From assembly GCA_965649765.1 (NCBI GenBank), contig OZ287748.1, positions 10,044,001 to 10,108,000 on the forward strand: DNA of 64,000 bases. The letters run 5' to 3'. The stretch is from Bispira polyomma. Taxonomy: Eukaryota. The position numbers and the translations under genes were made by a program. Shown in pieces: positions 13,551 to 24,763 of the stretch (its first letter is position 1; each line of letters begins with the position of its first letter). Under the pieces are notes generated by a model. The model saw only the letters and a program-made list of their open reading frames with translations, did no database searches and was not told where the DNA came from.

Positions 13551-14952
13551 GTGAATTAAAAACCTCCATTGTTTTGTTGCTATTAACAATCTAAGGTTTA
13601 GCAGTTGTTAAATTTGTGTCAAAGGATACTATTAACACTATCCAGGGTGATTAACAGTAACTTATAATAGTTTGAAATGTATGCTAAAGTAATAGAAGTC
13701 GGGCATTATGTATCAAGAACTTCAATCCCCATGATGCCTATTACATACCATCATTAAATGTGAAGGTTATTTTGAAAGTGAATATTTTTATGTATATTTG
13801 TAATGTTACATTTTCTGTTCAGATTTTCTTGACTATATTATTAAGTAACTCTTCTACTTATTAATTTACAAAGTGTCATTTGTATGCCAAGTCATGTTCT
13901 GTTGTGTATATTTTAAATAAAGTTAAAAAAATGAAACCTTTGAGATCTCATAAGTCTCAATACCATTGGCGAAAAAAGGGCCTCCAATAGTCAAACTAAA
14001 GAGTCTTCAAGTTTCTGTCGTATAACATAAACAGGGTATCTAACTTCTGCATATTGTTTTGAAAACTGGTTCGTGATATTTCCAATGTTTACCCAGCAAA
14101 TGTACTGTGTATTTAGAGAGGCATATGGATATATATTTGATGTAAATATTGAAAGAGATGTACATATTTCCTTTTTTAAAAACTTTGCTATCTACATTAT
14201 TTGTGGATATTATAGATATTTGGGTTGATCTGACCATGGTTAGTGGATCACATCTCTCTGCCCAAAAATATTTAGCAAGACAAAAGTTTACAGATCAGAT
14301 CATTCATTAGTATGTAAATGATTTTGTAAATATGGTGTTGTTACATTGATGTGTTCAAATAGAAAAATGAACCTTAACATATCAAAATTAACTTGACTAA
14401 AACACTAAATTCTAAAAACTTGCCGAGCATTACCAAGAATTAAGTTTTTATAGACTTGAAAATATAAAATTTTGTAATTATTTTTCATGTATTGTTGCTT
14501 CCATCAACTTGTAATTTGATGCATGGACAAAGCCTATGAGTCCAGAGTTCTAAACAAATTCAAACCCTAATATTCATAATTCAAGTGTTAAAACTTCAGA
14601 AATTGTTTGTTTAGCATAAAAAACAGGCTGCCTTTGTTGTTTGATCATCAAAATAATGGCTAAGGATCCACGACAACTCTTACACTAAGGAAACTGGTCT
14701 TTTGTGAGTGCTTTAAGTATATTTTAATGCAAAGACCTCCCATATAATAATTACATTATGTCATACATCCGATCTTGTGTACCAAATGTCGAAACTATAT
14801 AGGTGAAGAGCCTGGCAGAGCCTTCAGAAATGACATATATCAACACAAAACAAAACTAGCAGACACTTTTGCTTTTTTTTTTGCATTTATATCTAAGGAA
14901 GAAGAGTGTTATTGTTGACTTTCCCAACTAATCAATGAATAAGTAATTCGTG

Positions 14953-15341
14953 GTGGACAGCATTTCGCCATTAATATGGTTATTACACCTAATCACTGTA
15001 TAATATTCATTTTAAAGGAATTATTTTCGCATTATAATATTCATATAACATACACATGCCTACACCACAAATATATAGAATACTGCCTAAATAAATTTTA
15101 AATGAATTTAAAGTACCAACACAGCCAAAAAAACAGTGGTACTGCACAAAATTTGAGGTTGATGATTAGACAGTACTAATGATTGGCTATTGGGCTGTAT
15201 TGGTGTTTCTTTCTGTTTCTCATAGTATGTATTGTGTACATAAACTATTTCATAATATAATTATTATTGTTAATAAAAGTTATAAGTAATATTTAAATCT
15301 AAATATTTACTATTGTTTGAAAATGGCGAAATGCTGTCCAC
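14953..15341. mobile_element. MITE with perfect 20-bp inverted ends
   Basis: GTGGACAGCATTTCGCCATT (14953-14972) and AATGGCGAAATGCTGTCCAC (15322-15341). Confidence 0.8.
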
Positions 15342-15517
15342 TTCTAATCTATATTAACCCAGTGACTTTAGTTTCTAACTTGTGGTTAAAATTTATCAGA
15401 AGTACTCCACAAATTACCAGTGAATTGCCTCAACATTATTGTCTTTTGCTCATATTTGTTAAATTTCCGTGAATTTCGAGCGAATCGCTGTCCCCCCTGT
15501 AGTTAAAAAGCCCACGA

Positions 15518-16160
15518 TTCTTTTCAGCACATTACGACGTCGGCCGATTTGAAGGTGTCCGATCCGAACCGACGTAGGCCAACGTTGTGCTTCCTTTCAT
15601 CCGATACACACTCAAAATTCGTCGGATAGTCAGTTGGAAAATGGCAAGAAAAAGCCTATGTTATTGTAATTACTGTGTCTTTTATTGAGATTTTTTTTTG
15701 AGTCTTTTTATTTACAATTAAATAAGGGTACCTATTTTTACTTCCTTATGTGTAAGTCGTGACGTAGCTGCAAAACTGACGTCATTATGACGTTGCTGTG
15801 ACGTATTGCTCACAGTTGAAGAGAAAGTTAAATGGGGTACTGATCAATACTTAAATATATGAGCCGTTTCTCAACGAATTTTGGTGGGGAAAAAAGCACA
15901 GTAATCAAAATAAAAAAGCTTTCTCATGCCATTTTTATCTTTAACATCCGATGAATATTGAGTATATATTGGATGAAAACTAGCCATTTCTGTTTCAAAA
16001 TCGGCCAGTCCTCCTTGTAAGATAAAACCTGTTGGCCAAACAGATGTCGGCCAACGTCTGATCGGATCTGATGCAAATATCCTGAAAAAAAGCACTTGGT
16101 AGTATTGTGTAATGAGGGAAAAAATCGGCCGATGTCGGCCGATAAAAACATGCTAAAAGG
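15518..16160. mobile_element. CpG-rich MITE-like element
   Basis: Repeated TCGGCCGA/GTCGGCCAAC motifs in inverted orientation at both ends; imperfect CTTTTCAGCA/TGCTAAAAGG termini; absent from copy B. Confidence 0.55.
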
Positions 16161-16680
16161 AAGCATAGGCCTAGAGGCTTGTGGTTTTCCTATAACTGTG
16201 CCTCCTATTAGTGGATATTGTTCCCCAGTAAAGTCAAGGGCATTGATATCATATCTATTCCTGACTGATATAAGACGATTTGTTATACTGTTATGTATTA
16301 GATATATTAATGAGATTTATTGTTGACTTCACCAATTGTAAATTGATGCACGCACAAAGCCCAAGAATCCAAAACTCTAAAAAATTAAAACCTTAAAGCT
16401 CATAATTTTAATATCGAAACTCTAGAAAATTGTTTGTATGACAGATCAATTATGTGGTTTTTAAAGTGATAATATCAAACCAGCTAGCTTAAGAGCAACT
16501 GTACATTATTTTACATTCAATCGACACAAAGCAGATTTTAATGAATTTTTCCTTGTCACATACCCGATCCCTCGACCAAATATTTGAAGAATTTATATTA
16601 GTATAATCCTAATGACAAATAAAATTGACACAGGCTATTATAACTTCGGGTGGAAAATATAACCTTAAAGACATACTTAC

Positions 16681-17022
16681 TGCAGCATCTATGCCCAACT
16701 TGTTTGCAAAGTAAGCTGTAGCAGCTCCTTGATAGTAAGTATACCACAATGTTCCTTGAAAGAAATCCCCAGCATTGAGGTAAATCACATTGTCAGATGA
16801 GTTTCTGATTTCTCTGGTAATGGTCACATGTCTGGCCATACCACCAAAACACTCCCCTTCACTGGACTCTTCTTCACTACATGTTGACAAATACTTGTTG
16901 AATTCCTCAAATTTAGCATGCACATCATTGGTGTGCATTAGGGTTAAGTTAAAACAATCGGCTCTATGACTGCAGCCAAAGAACAACAGAAGAAAAACAA
17001 TAATGCTATCCATGTTCACCAT
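16681..17022 (-). CDS. NT5E: ecto-5'-nucleotidase copy A, exon 1 (signal peptide + metallophosphatase N-terminus)
   Basis: MVNMDSIIVFLLLFFGC signal peptide, HTNDVH, CFGGMAR, NAGDFFQGTLWY; GTAAGT donor at 16680; 342 bp, phase 0 matching exon 2. Confidence 0.95.
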
Positions 17023-18316
17023 AATCTTATAATATATTCAGAATTGAGACACATACGCATGATCACTAGAGACACAATGTTTGTCAGGATAAAAAGTGGT
17101 TTTCCATATAAAGGCAGAATAGTCATACTATATCTGGGCCTCAGTAGAGAGAATAATCTACACAACATAAATAAAAATCATCTTCACATTTCTAGATTTC
17201 TTATAGCAGCCTTTTGCCAATGTACACTTATTTGGTGACTTTAACTCCAAAATGTTATGGACTAGAGCACTATAGACAATCCAAACAATCATACATCACT
17301 GGCCTCCGTGATAAGTACTGTCTATTTATACATACAGAAAAACAGAAGTGCAGTCTATTTAAAAGCCTCTTGAGAGAAGTGAAACATAAATACATTCAGT
17401 CCACATGATTATTTTATATTAGTGCACAAACCTCACACACAAATACAGACCTCAAACGTCTACAGTTTTGTAAAACATATTTAACCAATATTATCAACCA
17501 ATATGGAAATGAAGTTGTTCTTGCTGCCTTCCCAGCACTTGCATGCTTAAAATAGAAACTGTAATGTATCGTGTACACATATAAGAATAATCTTTTAAAA
17601 AGGTGAGATGAAGGCCACTATGTGAAAGTCTGTTATAGCTGTGTTTCTTAGATATGAGCATTTAATCAATAATATCCTTTGTAAAAATTTGCTTTTTTAA
17701 CAATTTTGGATGTACAGTCCATCTTTAAGGGATTATGTCTTAATCACCATTTTATTTAAATTAGAAACCTGTTATAAAGAAATCCCAGAAGTCAAAATGG
17801 TGCGTTTGCTTCATCAACGTAAAACATAGTAGTTGTAAGTTAATTAATTCTTTGATTTCTCATATAAAATAAACTTCTATCTATGTAGCTTATAGCTGAC
17901 AAATATATTAACCACAAATATTAGGAAAATATAACATTTAACAACAATAAACCAAGATACATATTTCATAAATATGATCAATAAAGCTACAACCCCTAAA
18001 GAGTTCATTTTTGACCTGTCATACATGGCGGCACCCAGCATACGCTCATAGTAAAGGTTTCTAACCAAAAAGTCAAAGCAAACATGTATATATATTTTTC
18101 TTGTGTGATCACATTGGTGGGCTGACGCCTCGGCGGCAGGCTATCGGGGGCCAATTAGGCCACCTGGGGTCACGAGGACAAGTATAAAAGGCTTTGGCGC
18201 CCAACCAGCGCCTTCATTATATTTTAAGAATTCATACAATAAGAGTGTTTAACAATTGGCGCTTTACTACCCTATTTTATGTTTTTATACCTCTTTTAAT
18301 TTGTGTATGTGTGATA

Positions 18317-19324
18317 ATGCCTTCTAAAAAGGAGTTTCAGTGTAGTAGTTGCTTAGGAAAACATGAACGACCCGTAGGGACGAGATGTCGATTTAATCTG
18401 GATGCCAGCGTCGCCGATGATGTGCCCACCGTTGGTCCTGCTTCTGAGGTAATTACTGACTCCGTCTCTGAACAAATCCTACAGCAATTACAGTCACTCA
18501 ACAAGAAAATCGAAAGTATGGACCAACGTGTGCAGGTGACAGAGGCGGCGCTGTGCTCACCTAGCACCCATAAGGCATGTAGTACTTCTAATGTTAATTC
18601 TAATGTTAGCCACAGTGTTGCCAGTAATGTAGTCAATTCAGTAGAGGCGGTAGTACCTTCCTTAGATTTCCTACGATCAAACGAAAGTTTACAGTCCCAA
18701 GTCGACCAACGACTGCTGCAGCTACAGCAGCTTAACGAGCTCACTGGAGGTAAACTCAAATCTCAAAGAGGTGGTACTGAGGCCCCTATTAAAAGAAGTG
18801 TGGACTGGCCACAAAATTTTGTATTATCAGGGGCTAAGAAGGTACGTCCTACATACGACGACCTGTTTCTAGTGCAGTTTACTTCTGGGTTTATAAGATG
18901 TGTACAAGAACAAAAGGTTCCCGAGGTTAGAGAAGCCATGTTAGAATATTTGGCAAATTTAATGGATGACGCACACGATTTCTCGTGGGATGCAGCTAAG
19001 GCATCTCATGCCATCCTGCTAACAAATATGGAACTAGACCACCTTAAGTGGACTGACACGGATAAGGTTGACCGTATACGCCGGGCTCATGCCCAACGCC
19101 ATGTTTCTCATAGTTCAAATGGAACCAGTGCTTCCAAGGCCAGTTCTGGTAGCAAAATAAAATCACAAATAAAAACCCCAGGGGTAAACTGTCGGTTCTT
19201 TCAGGAGGGTAACTGTAAGTTCAATGCTAGAACCTCAGGGCAGTGGTTTAAGCACTGCTGTGAAACATGTGAGGGTCCTCACCAGACTAAGTTGTGCACA
19301 AAAAAGGGGATAGCAAAAAACTAG
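18317..19324 (+). CDS. Gag-like ORF of YR element 1
   Basis: MPSKKEFQCSSCLGKHERPVGTRC N-terminal Zn-knuckle-like motif, coiled coil, VDWPQNFV...SWDAAKASHA...RRAHAQ core, C-terminal Cys/His finger; homologous to 33467-34352. Confidence 0.8.
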   Translation: MPSKKEFQCSSCLGKHERPVGTRCRFNLDASVADDVPTVGPASEVITDSVSEQILQQLQSLNKKIESMDQRVQVTEAALCSPSTHKACSTSNVNSNVSHSVASNVVNSVEAVVPSLDFLRSNESLQSQVDQRLLQLQQLNELTGGKLKSQRGGTEAPIKRSVDWPQNFVLSGAKKVRPTYDDLFLVQFTSGFIRCVQEQKVPEVREAMLEYLANLMDDAHDFSWDAAKASHAILLTNMELDHLKWTDTDKVDRIRRAHAQRHVSHSSNGTSASKASSGSKIKSQIKTPGVNCRFFQEGNCKFNARTSGQWFKHCCETCEGPHQTKLCTKKGIAKN

Positions 19325-21809
19325 GGAGCCACTGCAGTAATGCAGTGGATAAGCCAGTGTTCTCAAGGACTGTATATAACTCAGAGTTCAAAGATTTTAA
19401 ATTGTGTGATAAAATGTATTTTAAACAGTATATATGTTTTAACAGAAATGTGAAAAGGACTTATAAAAATGTGGTTGTGAAAGGGAAACCGTGTATTCCC
19501 AGTGGTCTTGAGAAAGCCTCAGTGGTGGGCGAAATTGGGGGGAACAGTGTAGCAAAAAATTGTTTGGTCACAAACAATAAAAGGATCTGCACTAAAGTGA
19601 GGGACGTTACATTTGGCAAGGGGTTTAACAACAAGCATGTAAACAAAACTGTCTACTCGCCCAGACAGTCCGTCAGCAAGCAAAAAACCCACCAGAACAA
19701 AAGAAGTAGTATTGATTGTCCCCGGGGTGTCAAAAATAAATCAATGCGTGTAGAGAAACCTCTTGGTGTGGGTACTTCATTGTCCCCCTCCAAGGGGTTT
19801 ATTGCCTCGAGTGAAAACAATGGCAGTGGGTGTCAGGTTTCCCAATTACCCCTGCACAATAGATATGTTGTGTTAGAAACACCCGACGAGGAGGGGGTGA
19901 GTGTTGCTGACACGGGCTATTGTGTGCAGGCTTCCCCACGTGTGAAGACTTGTACAAAAACACCTAAACAAACAGATTTGAATAATTCTGATGACAAGTA
20001 TGCATTGGCAGTTCAAAGATCTTCTAATAAAAGACCACGTCTTAAGGACGCCAACCAATGCGACACCTTTAAATTGTGGGATATACAAAACAGTGGGAAG
20101 TTTGGCTTCATCCCCCTCGAGTCTTGGGGAAAACCCATTATAGATAAATCAAATAACCTATTGGCAATGGATGTGTTTACACTTCACAAGCATCTTAAAC
20201 TGGATGGGCGCCCTAATTATAGGGGACTCCAGGTCCCTGTGGCTTCTCAACTTAATGCCTCCGTGTGGGCTGAGTATTTGAGGGGTTATTGGGACTGGGA
20301 ACTCCCCCTGCTTGTAAAATATGGGTTTCCACTAGACTGTGTGAATGATCATGAGTTTAAGTCAGAACTTAACAACCACACCTCAGCTATTCAGTATCCG
20401 ACTCACGTGAAGCACTATTTAGAAGAAGAATGTCAGTTGGGTGCCATGTACGGGCCCTTTGAGGTGCCACCAATTTTAAAATTGCATACCTCCCCCTTCA
20501 TGACCAGGGAAAAATCAAGCTCAGTTAACCGTCGAGTGATCATTGATCTCAGCTGGCCTGAAGGCCATTCAGTTAATGCAGCTGTGTGTCCCACTTCTTA
20601 TCTAAACAAAGAATTTATGCTGACTTATCCGTCAATAGACACTATAACCTCACAAGTTATCAAAATGGGCAAAAGTTCACTGATTTTTAAAGCTGACATC
20701 AGTCGCGCTTTTAGGCATGTGCCTATGGATCCAAAAGAACTAAACTTGTTGGGGTTGTATTGGGATGGTTACTATGTGGACGGTTCGTTGCCCTTTGGGT
20801 ACAAGCATGGCTCGGCCATTTTCTAGAGGTTATCGGATGGTATCAAATATATAATGCACAAGGAAGGCCACCATATTACGAATTATATAGACGACCTCCT
20901 TTGTTGCTTGATTCCGTCAAAAATATACCATACCTATCACCGGCTTCAAGCCTTATTGGCTGAACTAGGTTTGACCTTGAGTGACAAAAAATTGGTCCTT
21001 CCGGCGACCCGGGTAACTTGTCTCGGTATCGACATAGACACGGTCAATTTAACCACCTCCATCCCAGATGAAAAATTACAAAATATCATGCCATGTGTGA
21101 CAGTTGGGCTGGTAAAAAATACTGCACAAAAAGGGAACTCCAGTGTTTACTGGGTTCACTCCTTTATGTATCTAAATATGTCAAGTACTCAAGATTTTTC
21201 TTGAATAGAATGCTTCACCTCCTCAGAAGTAATCATAAGAGCAAAAATTTCAAAATTACTCCGGATTTCCATAAAGATTTGACCTTGTTCAGAACTTTTT
21301 TGAAACAATTCAATGGTGTCTCTTTTTTCCACCATCACCCCACAACTGCCCTCATAGAACTGGATGCTTGTCTGACAGGTATGGGAAGGGGGGGGGTCTA
21401 TGGACAAAAGGTGTACGCGTTGCCTATACCTGCTCGATTACAGCATCAAAATATTGCTTCTTTGGAGATGTTAAACATTTTTGTGGCAATGAAATTATGG
21501 GGTAAGCAGTGGCAGGGTCAGAAGGTCCTCATAAAATGCGACAATCAAGCTGTGGTCAGTGTCCTTACTAATGGCAGGACAAGGGATAGTATCCTTGCCC
21601 TGTATTCACATAACATATTTATGTTAGCTAGCCATTTTGATGTAGAACTAAAAGTTATTCACATATTAGGTGACCACAATACCACTGCTGACCTGCTCTC
21701 ACGCTGGAAGGAGTCCACTGTTAACCATGTCCGTTTGCATTCTCTTGTAGGACCAGTTCAGGGGTGTCCTGTTACTGAACATCACCTGCTACTCAATGAA
21801 GACATATAA
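19321..21809 (+). pseudogene. Pol (RT + RNase H) of YR element 1, broken by a stop at 20824 and a frameshift near 21090
   Basis: YGFP, SPFMTREK, RVIIDLS, ADISRAFR, LPFG, YIDD, TCLGI; RNase H ELDAC, LEM, CDNQAVV, NTTADLLSR. Confidence 0.9.
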
Positions 21810-21848
21810 ATTGTCACTGTCTTCCTTGTAGTTTTTATTGTGTTTCAG

Positions 21849-22845
21849 ACAAAAATCCACTTCAAAAACTGTTGTATGACAATGCTGTGAGGAAACTGCA
21901 CTTAGCCTTCTGTAGGTCCACTGCTTGATCTTACAGAGCTATGTACAGGGTGTATCTGGCTTATGCTGCTTTCATGGATCGGCCTATAAATCAGGTGACT
22001 GTGTCTGATCTTCTATGTTTTTTGGAAGTTTTACAATTTAACTCTGTCAAACCTGCACACATGGCTAACTATCTGTCTGCCATCAGAGCCGAATCCATTG
22101 TGCATAATGTTCAAATACAGGCTTTCAGTGACCCTCGTGTTGCCTATTACCAAAAGGCTGTGCAAATGGCTGCCCCCCCTCAATGTTAAACTAAAAAAGG
22201 TAATAGATATCCCCACTTTGCAAAGCATTGTGAAAGTTTCGAAAAAACAACTTACATGGGGCTTGTTTTTAAAGCAGTATGTTATTGCTCAGTTATTTTT
22301 CATTTCTCAGGCTATCCAATCTTGTACCACATTCAACTGCTCAATTCTCTGCGCTAAAGCATTTAGCTAGGGCAGATGTCATGACCCACCCGGATAAAGC
22401 CGTTCTGTTGATTAAGTGGTCCAAAACAATGCAAAACAACAAGCAGATCAAACTCTTAACCATTCCTCGGTTACCGGGCTCACCATTATGCCCTGTTGGG
22501 TCACTGGAGGCCATTCTGGCCCTCACTCCATCGGGACCTAACTCACCATTGTTTCAAATTAAAGTCAATCACAAATGGGTGCCTCTAACTGACACCAGAG
22601 TGCGTCGCCACCTAAAAGATGTATTACTTAGACTAAAGTTGGAAAACTCTGGGCTTACCTTCCATGCTTTCCGTCGTTCAGGTGCCACTTTTGCTTTTAA
22701 TCATAACGTTAGCATACAAAACATACAAAATCATGGCACCTGGACTTCGGATTGCGTGTGGAGGTATGTCACAGATACTGTTGATGCTGGCCACCCAGTG
22801 GCTGATTCCTTTAGGCGTCATCTATCTGCCTCTGTCACTTCCTAA
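21849..22845 (+). pseudogene. tyrosine recombinase of YR element 1 (frameshifted)
   Basis: FLRLSN, WSKT, LCPV, HAFRRSGAT, HGTWTSDCVWRY (R-H-R-H-Y catalytic set). Confidence 0.9.
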
Positions 22846-23679
22846 CTCCTACTATTTTGGGGTTTGGCTGATTCTACTCAATTACTAGCTTTACTACATC
22901 TCTTTTCAGTTATTCTGTCAGACAGTTACATAATAGTACCTGTAAGTAATAGTAGTGTGACGTTTCCATAACAACTTCTTAATTCAAATTAGCAACTTAT
23001 GCTTTTACTTTTAATTGCTATACTGTAATTACTTTAACTTGTGATAAACTGTGTTTGTTATACTGTAACTAGTTAGTAATGTGCTATTAGACATTACAGT
23101 ACAGTAACGGCTGGAAAGTAAACCTAACTATAGTTTAATTTATCATAAACTGTGTTTACTGTAATTAGTCAGTAATATACTATTAAACGTTACAGTACAG
23201 TAACAACTTCCAAGTAAATTTAACTAGATTAAATGTTACAGTACAGTAACAACTTCAAAGTAAATTTAACTATATTAAACTTTGGATTTAAGGTCACCTT
23301 TGCTCATGCAACTGCCAAGGGCTGAGTAAATTTTATAACCTGGACTTTAAATTCTTGTTCTAAGGTGACCTTACCTAAATTTATGTTTAATGCTAAATAA
23401 AACATTTATCACTCTAAGGTGGCCTTTAAGTCACCTATCATTTGGTAACTTAACTTAATTACAGCGACCTTAAGTCACTTTGTACATAGTAGTAGTAGTC
23501 TAACACTTAGTTTTAATAAATAAATGTTTTACCGCATTCTGTCGTATATTTACCTTGTCTTCTTGACCTCTGACCTCTTGGCCTGTTACCGAGAAAATGG
23601 AATGTGATGTTGATTAATGCATAAACTGCCTTATGTAACAACATTCCCAATGTCAAACCCTGGTCACTCGGGAGTATAA

Positions 23680-24607
23680 TTGGGAGGATTGGAAGTTATC
23701 TTTAGCTATCAGGGCCATCGGGCCACTCACTCAAGTACCCAAGAAGAGGGGAAGGAAGAGGAGATGGTGACTTATGATGAGGAGGGAGATGGGGAGTTTG
23801 ATGTTGACAGACCTGAAGAGGCTCTGACTGTGGCACCGGAGATCCAGTTATCTCAGTTATCTCAGTTTACAGCCCTGCAAGACATTGAGATCCAAGATAC
23901 AGAGGGACAAGATTTAACTGGTGACGTCGAGGTCCTTTCAAGGAAGCAGAGGAAGGGGCAGATAAAGACAGTGCTACTGACCATCAAACAGGAGGAGGCT
24001 ATCATCGACTTCCTCAAGGACTATAAGTGGCTATACAACAAAGGCCACACTGGCTACAAGGACAACGAGAAGAAAAACGTGGCCTGGGAGGAGTTTTGCG
24101 GGGTCAGGGGGCTTGATGCTGGGGAAGTCAAGAAGTGGTTCCAGTCCAGTTCCCCCCCCACCCCCACTGAGTTGACGGACAGATATAGCTGGGTGAAGGA
24201 CAACTTCAAGTTCCTGCGGCCTCACATTATCTGTCAAGTGAACAGGACGGCTGGCTTTAATCCCATATCACCGGCCTCAGCTTCTGCTGGTCGTATATCC
24301 CAGACACCAAGTGTCCAAGTCTGACACAGACTAGGCTGACCGGGAGATAGAGGATTCTATGCTGTTGCCATTGCCGTTACCGGCCCGACTTTCACAACAG
24401 TCATCTACCTGATAAACTGTCGGTAATTTTGAACACCTTTAGGTAATAGGCCTTCAACCTGGTCAGCAACTTACATGGGGGTTAGATTTACCTATTTCCA
24501 GCAACAACCACGACAGCCTCATCCTCAGCCACCACAGCTCCAATCTCAGTCATCACAACAACCTCTTCCACCTCAGCACACCCCTGCCGAACAAGCCAGA
24601 CCAGTAG
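23680..24607 (+). pseudogene. Harbinger Myb/MADF-like DNA-binding protein (open to 24324; degenerate Q/P-rich tail to ~24607)
   Basis: EEAIIDFLKDYKWLYNKGHTGYKDNEKKNVAWEE...VKKWF (MADF-like) and FKFLRPHI. Confidence 0.7.
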
Positions 24608-24620
24608 GGTGTACACAACC

Positions 24621-24641
24621 AGCCCGTTTCAGGGCAACCCA
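24621..24641 (+). promoter_or_regulatory. degenerate histone-type 3' stem-loop downstream of the Harbinger Myb-like gene
   Basis: AGCCCG-TTTC-AGGGCA-ACCCA versus consensus GGCCCT-TTTC-AGGGCC-ACCCA (13/16 in the hairpin, plus the ACCCA flank). Confidence 0.6.
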
Positions 24642-24717
24642 AATGTTTTAAAAACATTATCTGAGCTGTTTGTTAAATGAAAAAACACCTCACTGCAAGA
24701 AGCAAATTTTAGAACAT

Positions 24718-24742
24718 TAGGTGGCCCTGAAAAGGGCCGATT
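24718..24742 (-). promoter_or_regulatory. canonical replication-dependent histone mRNA 3' stem-loop downstream of the Harbinger transposase
   Basis: Minus strand reads AATC-GGCCCT-TTTC-AGGGCC-ACCTA, 25 nt after the transposase TGA (24766-24764). Confidence 0.85.
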
Positions 24743-24763
24743 GATTTTTCTTGCAGCTCAGCT

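Larger units (their letters stand above)
18100..23530 (+). mobile_element. DIRS-order (Ngaro-like) tyrosine-recombinase retrotransposon 1, near full length with a few disablements
   Basis: Order gag, RT/RNase H, YR; no methylase domain seen; CCAAT at ~18151 and TATAAAAG at ~18183 upstream of gag; boundaries approximate. Confidence 0.9.

Noticed and set aside
18337-18759. 140-aa antisense ORF in gag, and similar shadow ORFs elsewhere
   Set aside because: Reverse-frame shadows of real coding sequence with no recognisable motifs.
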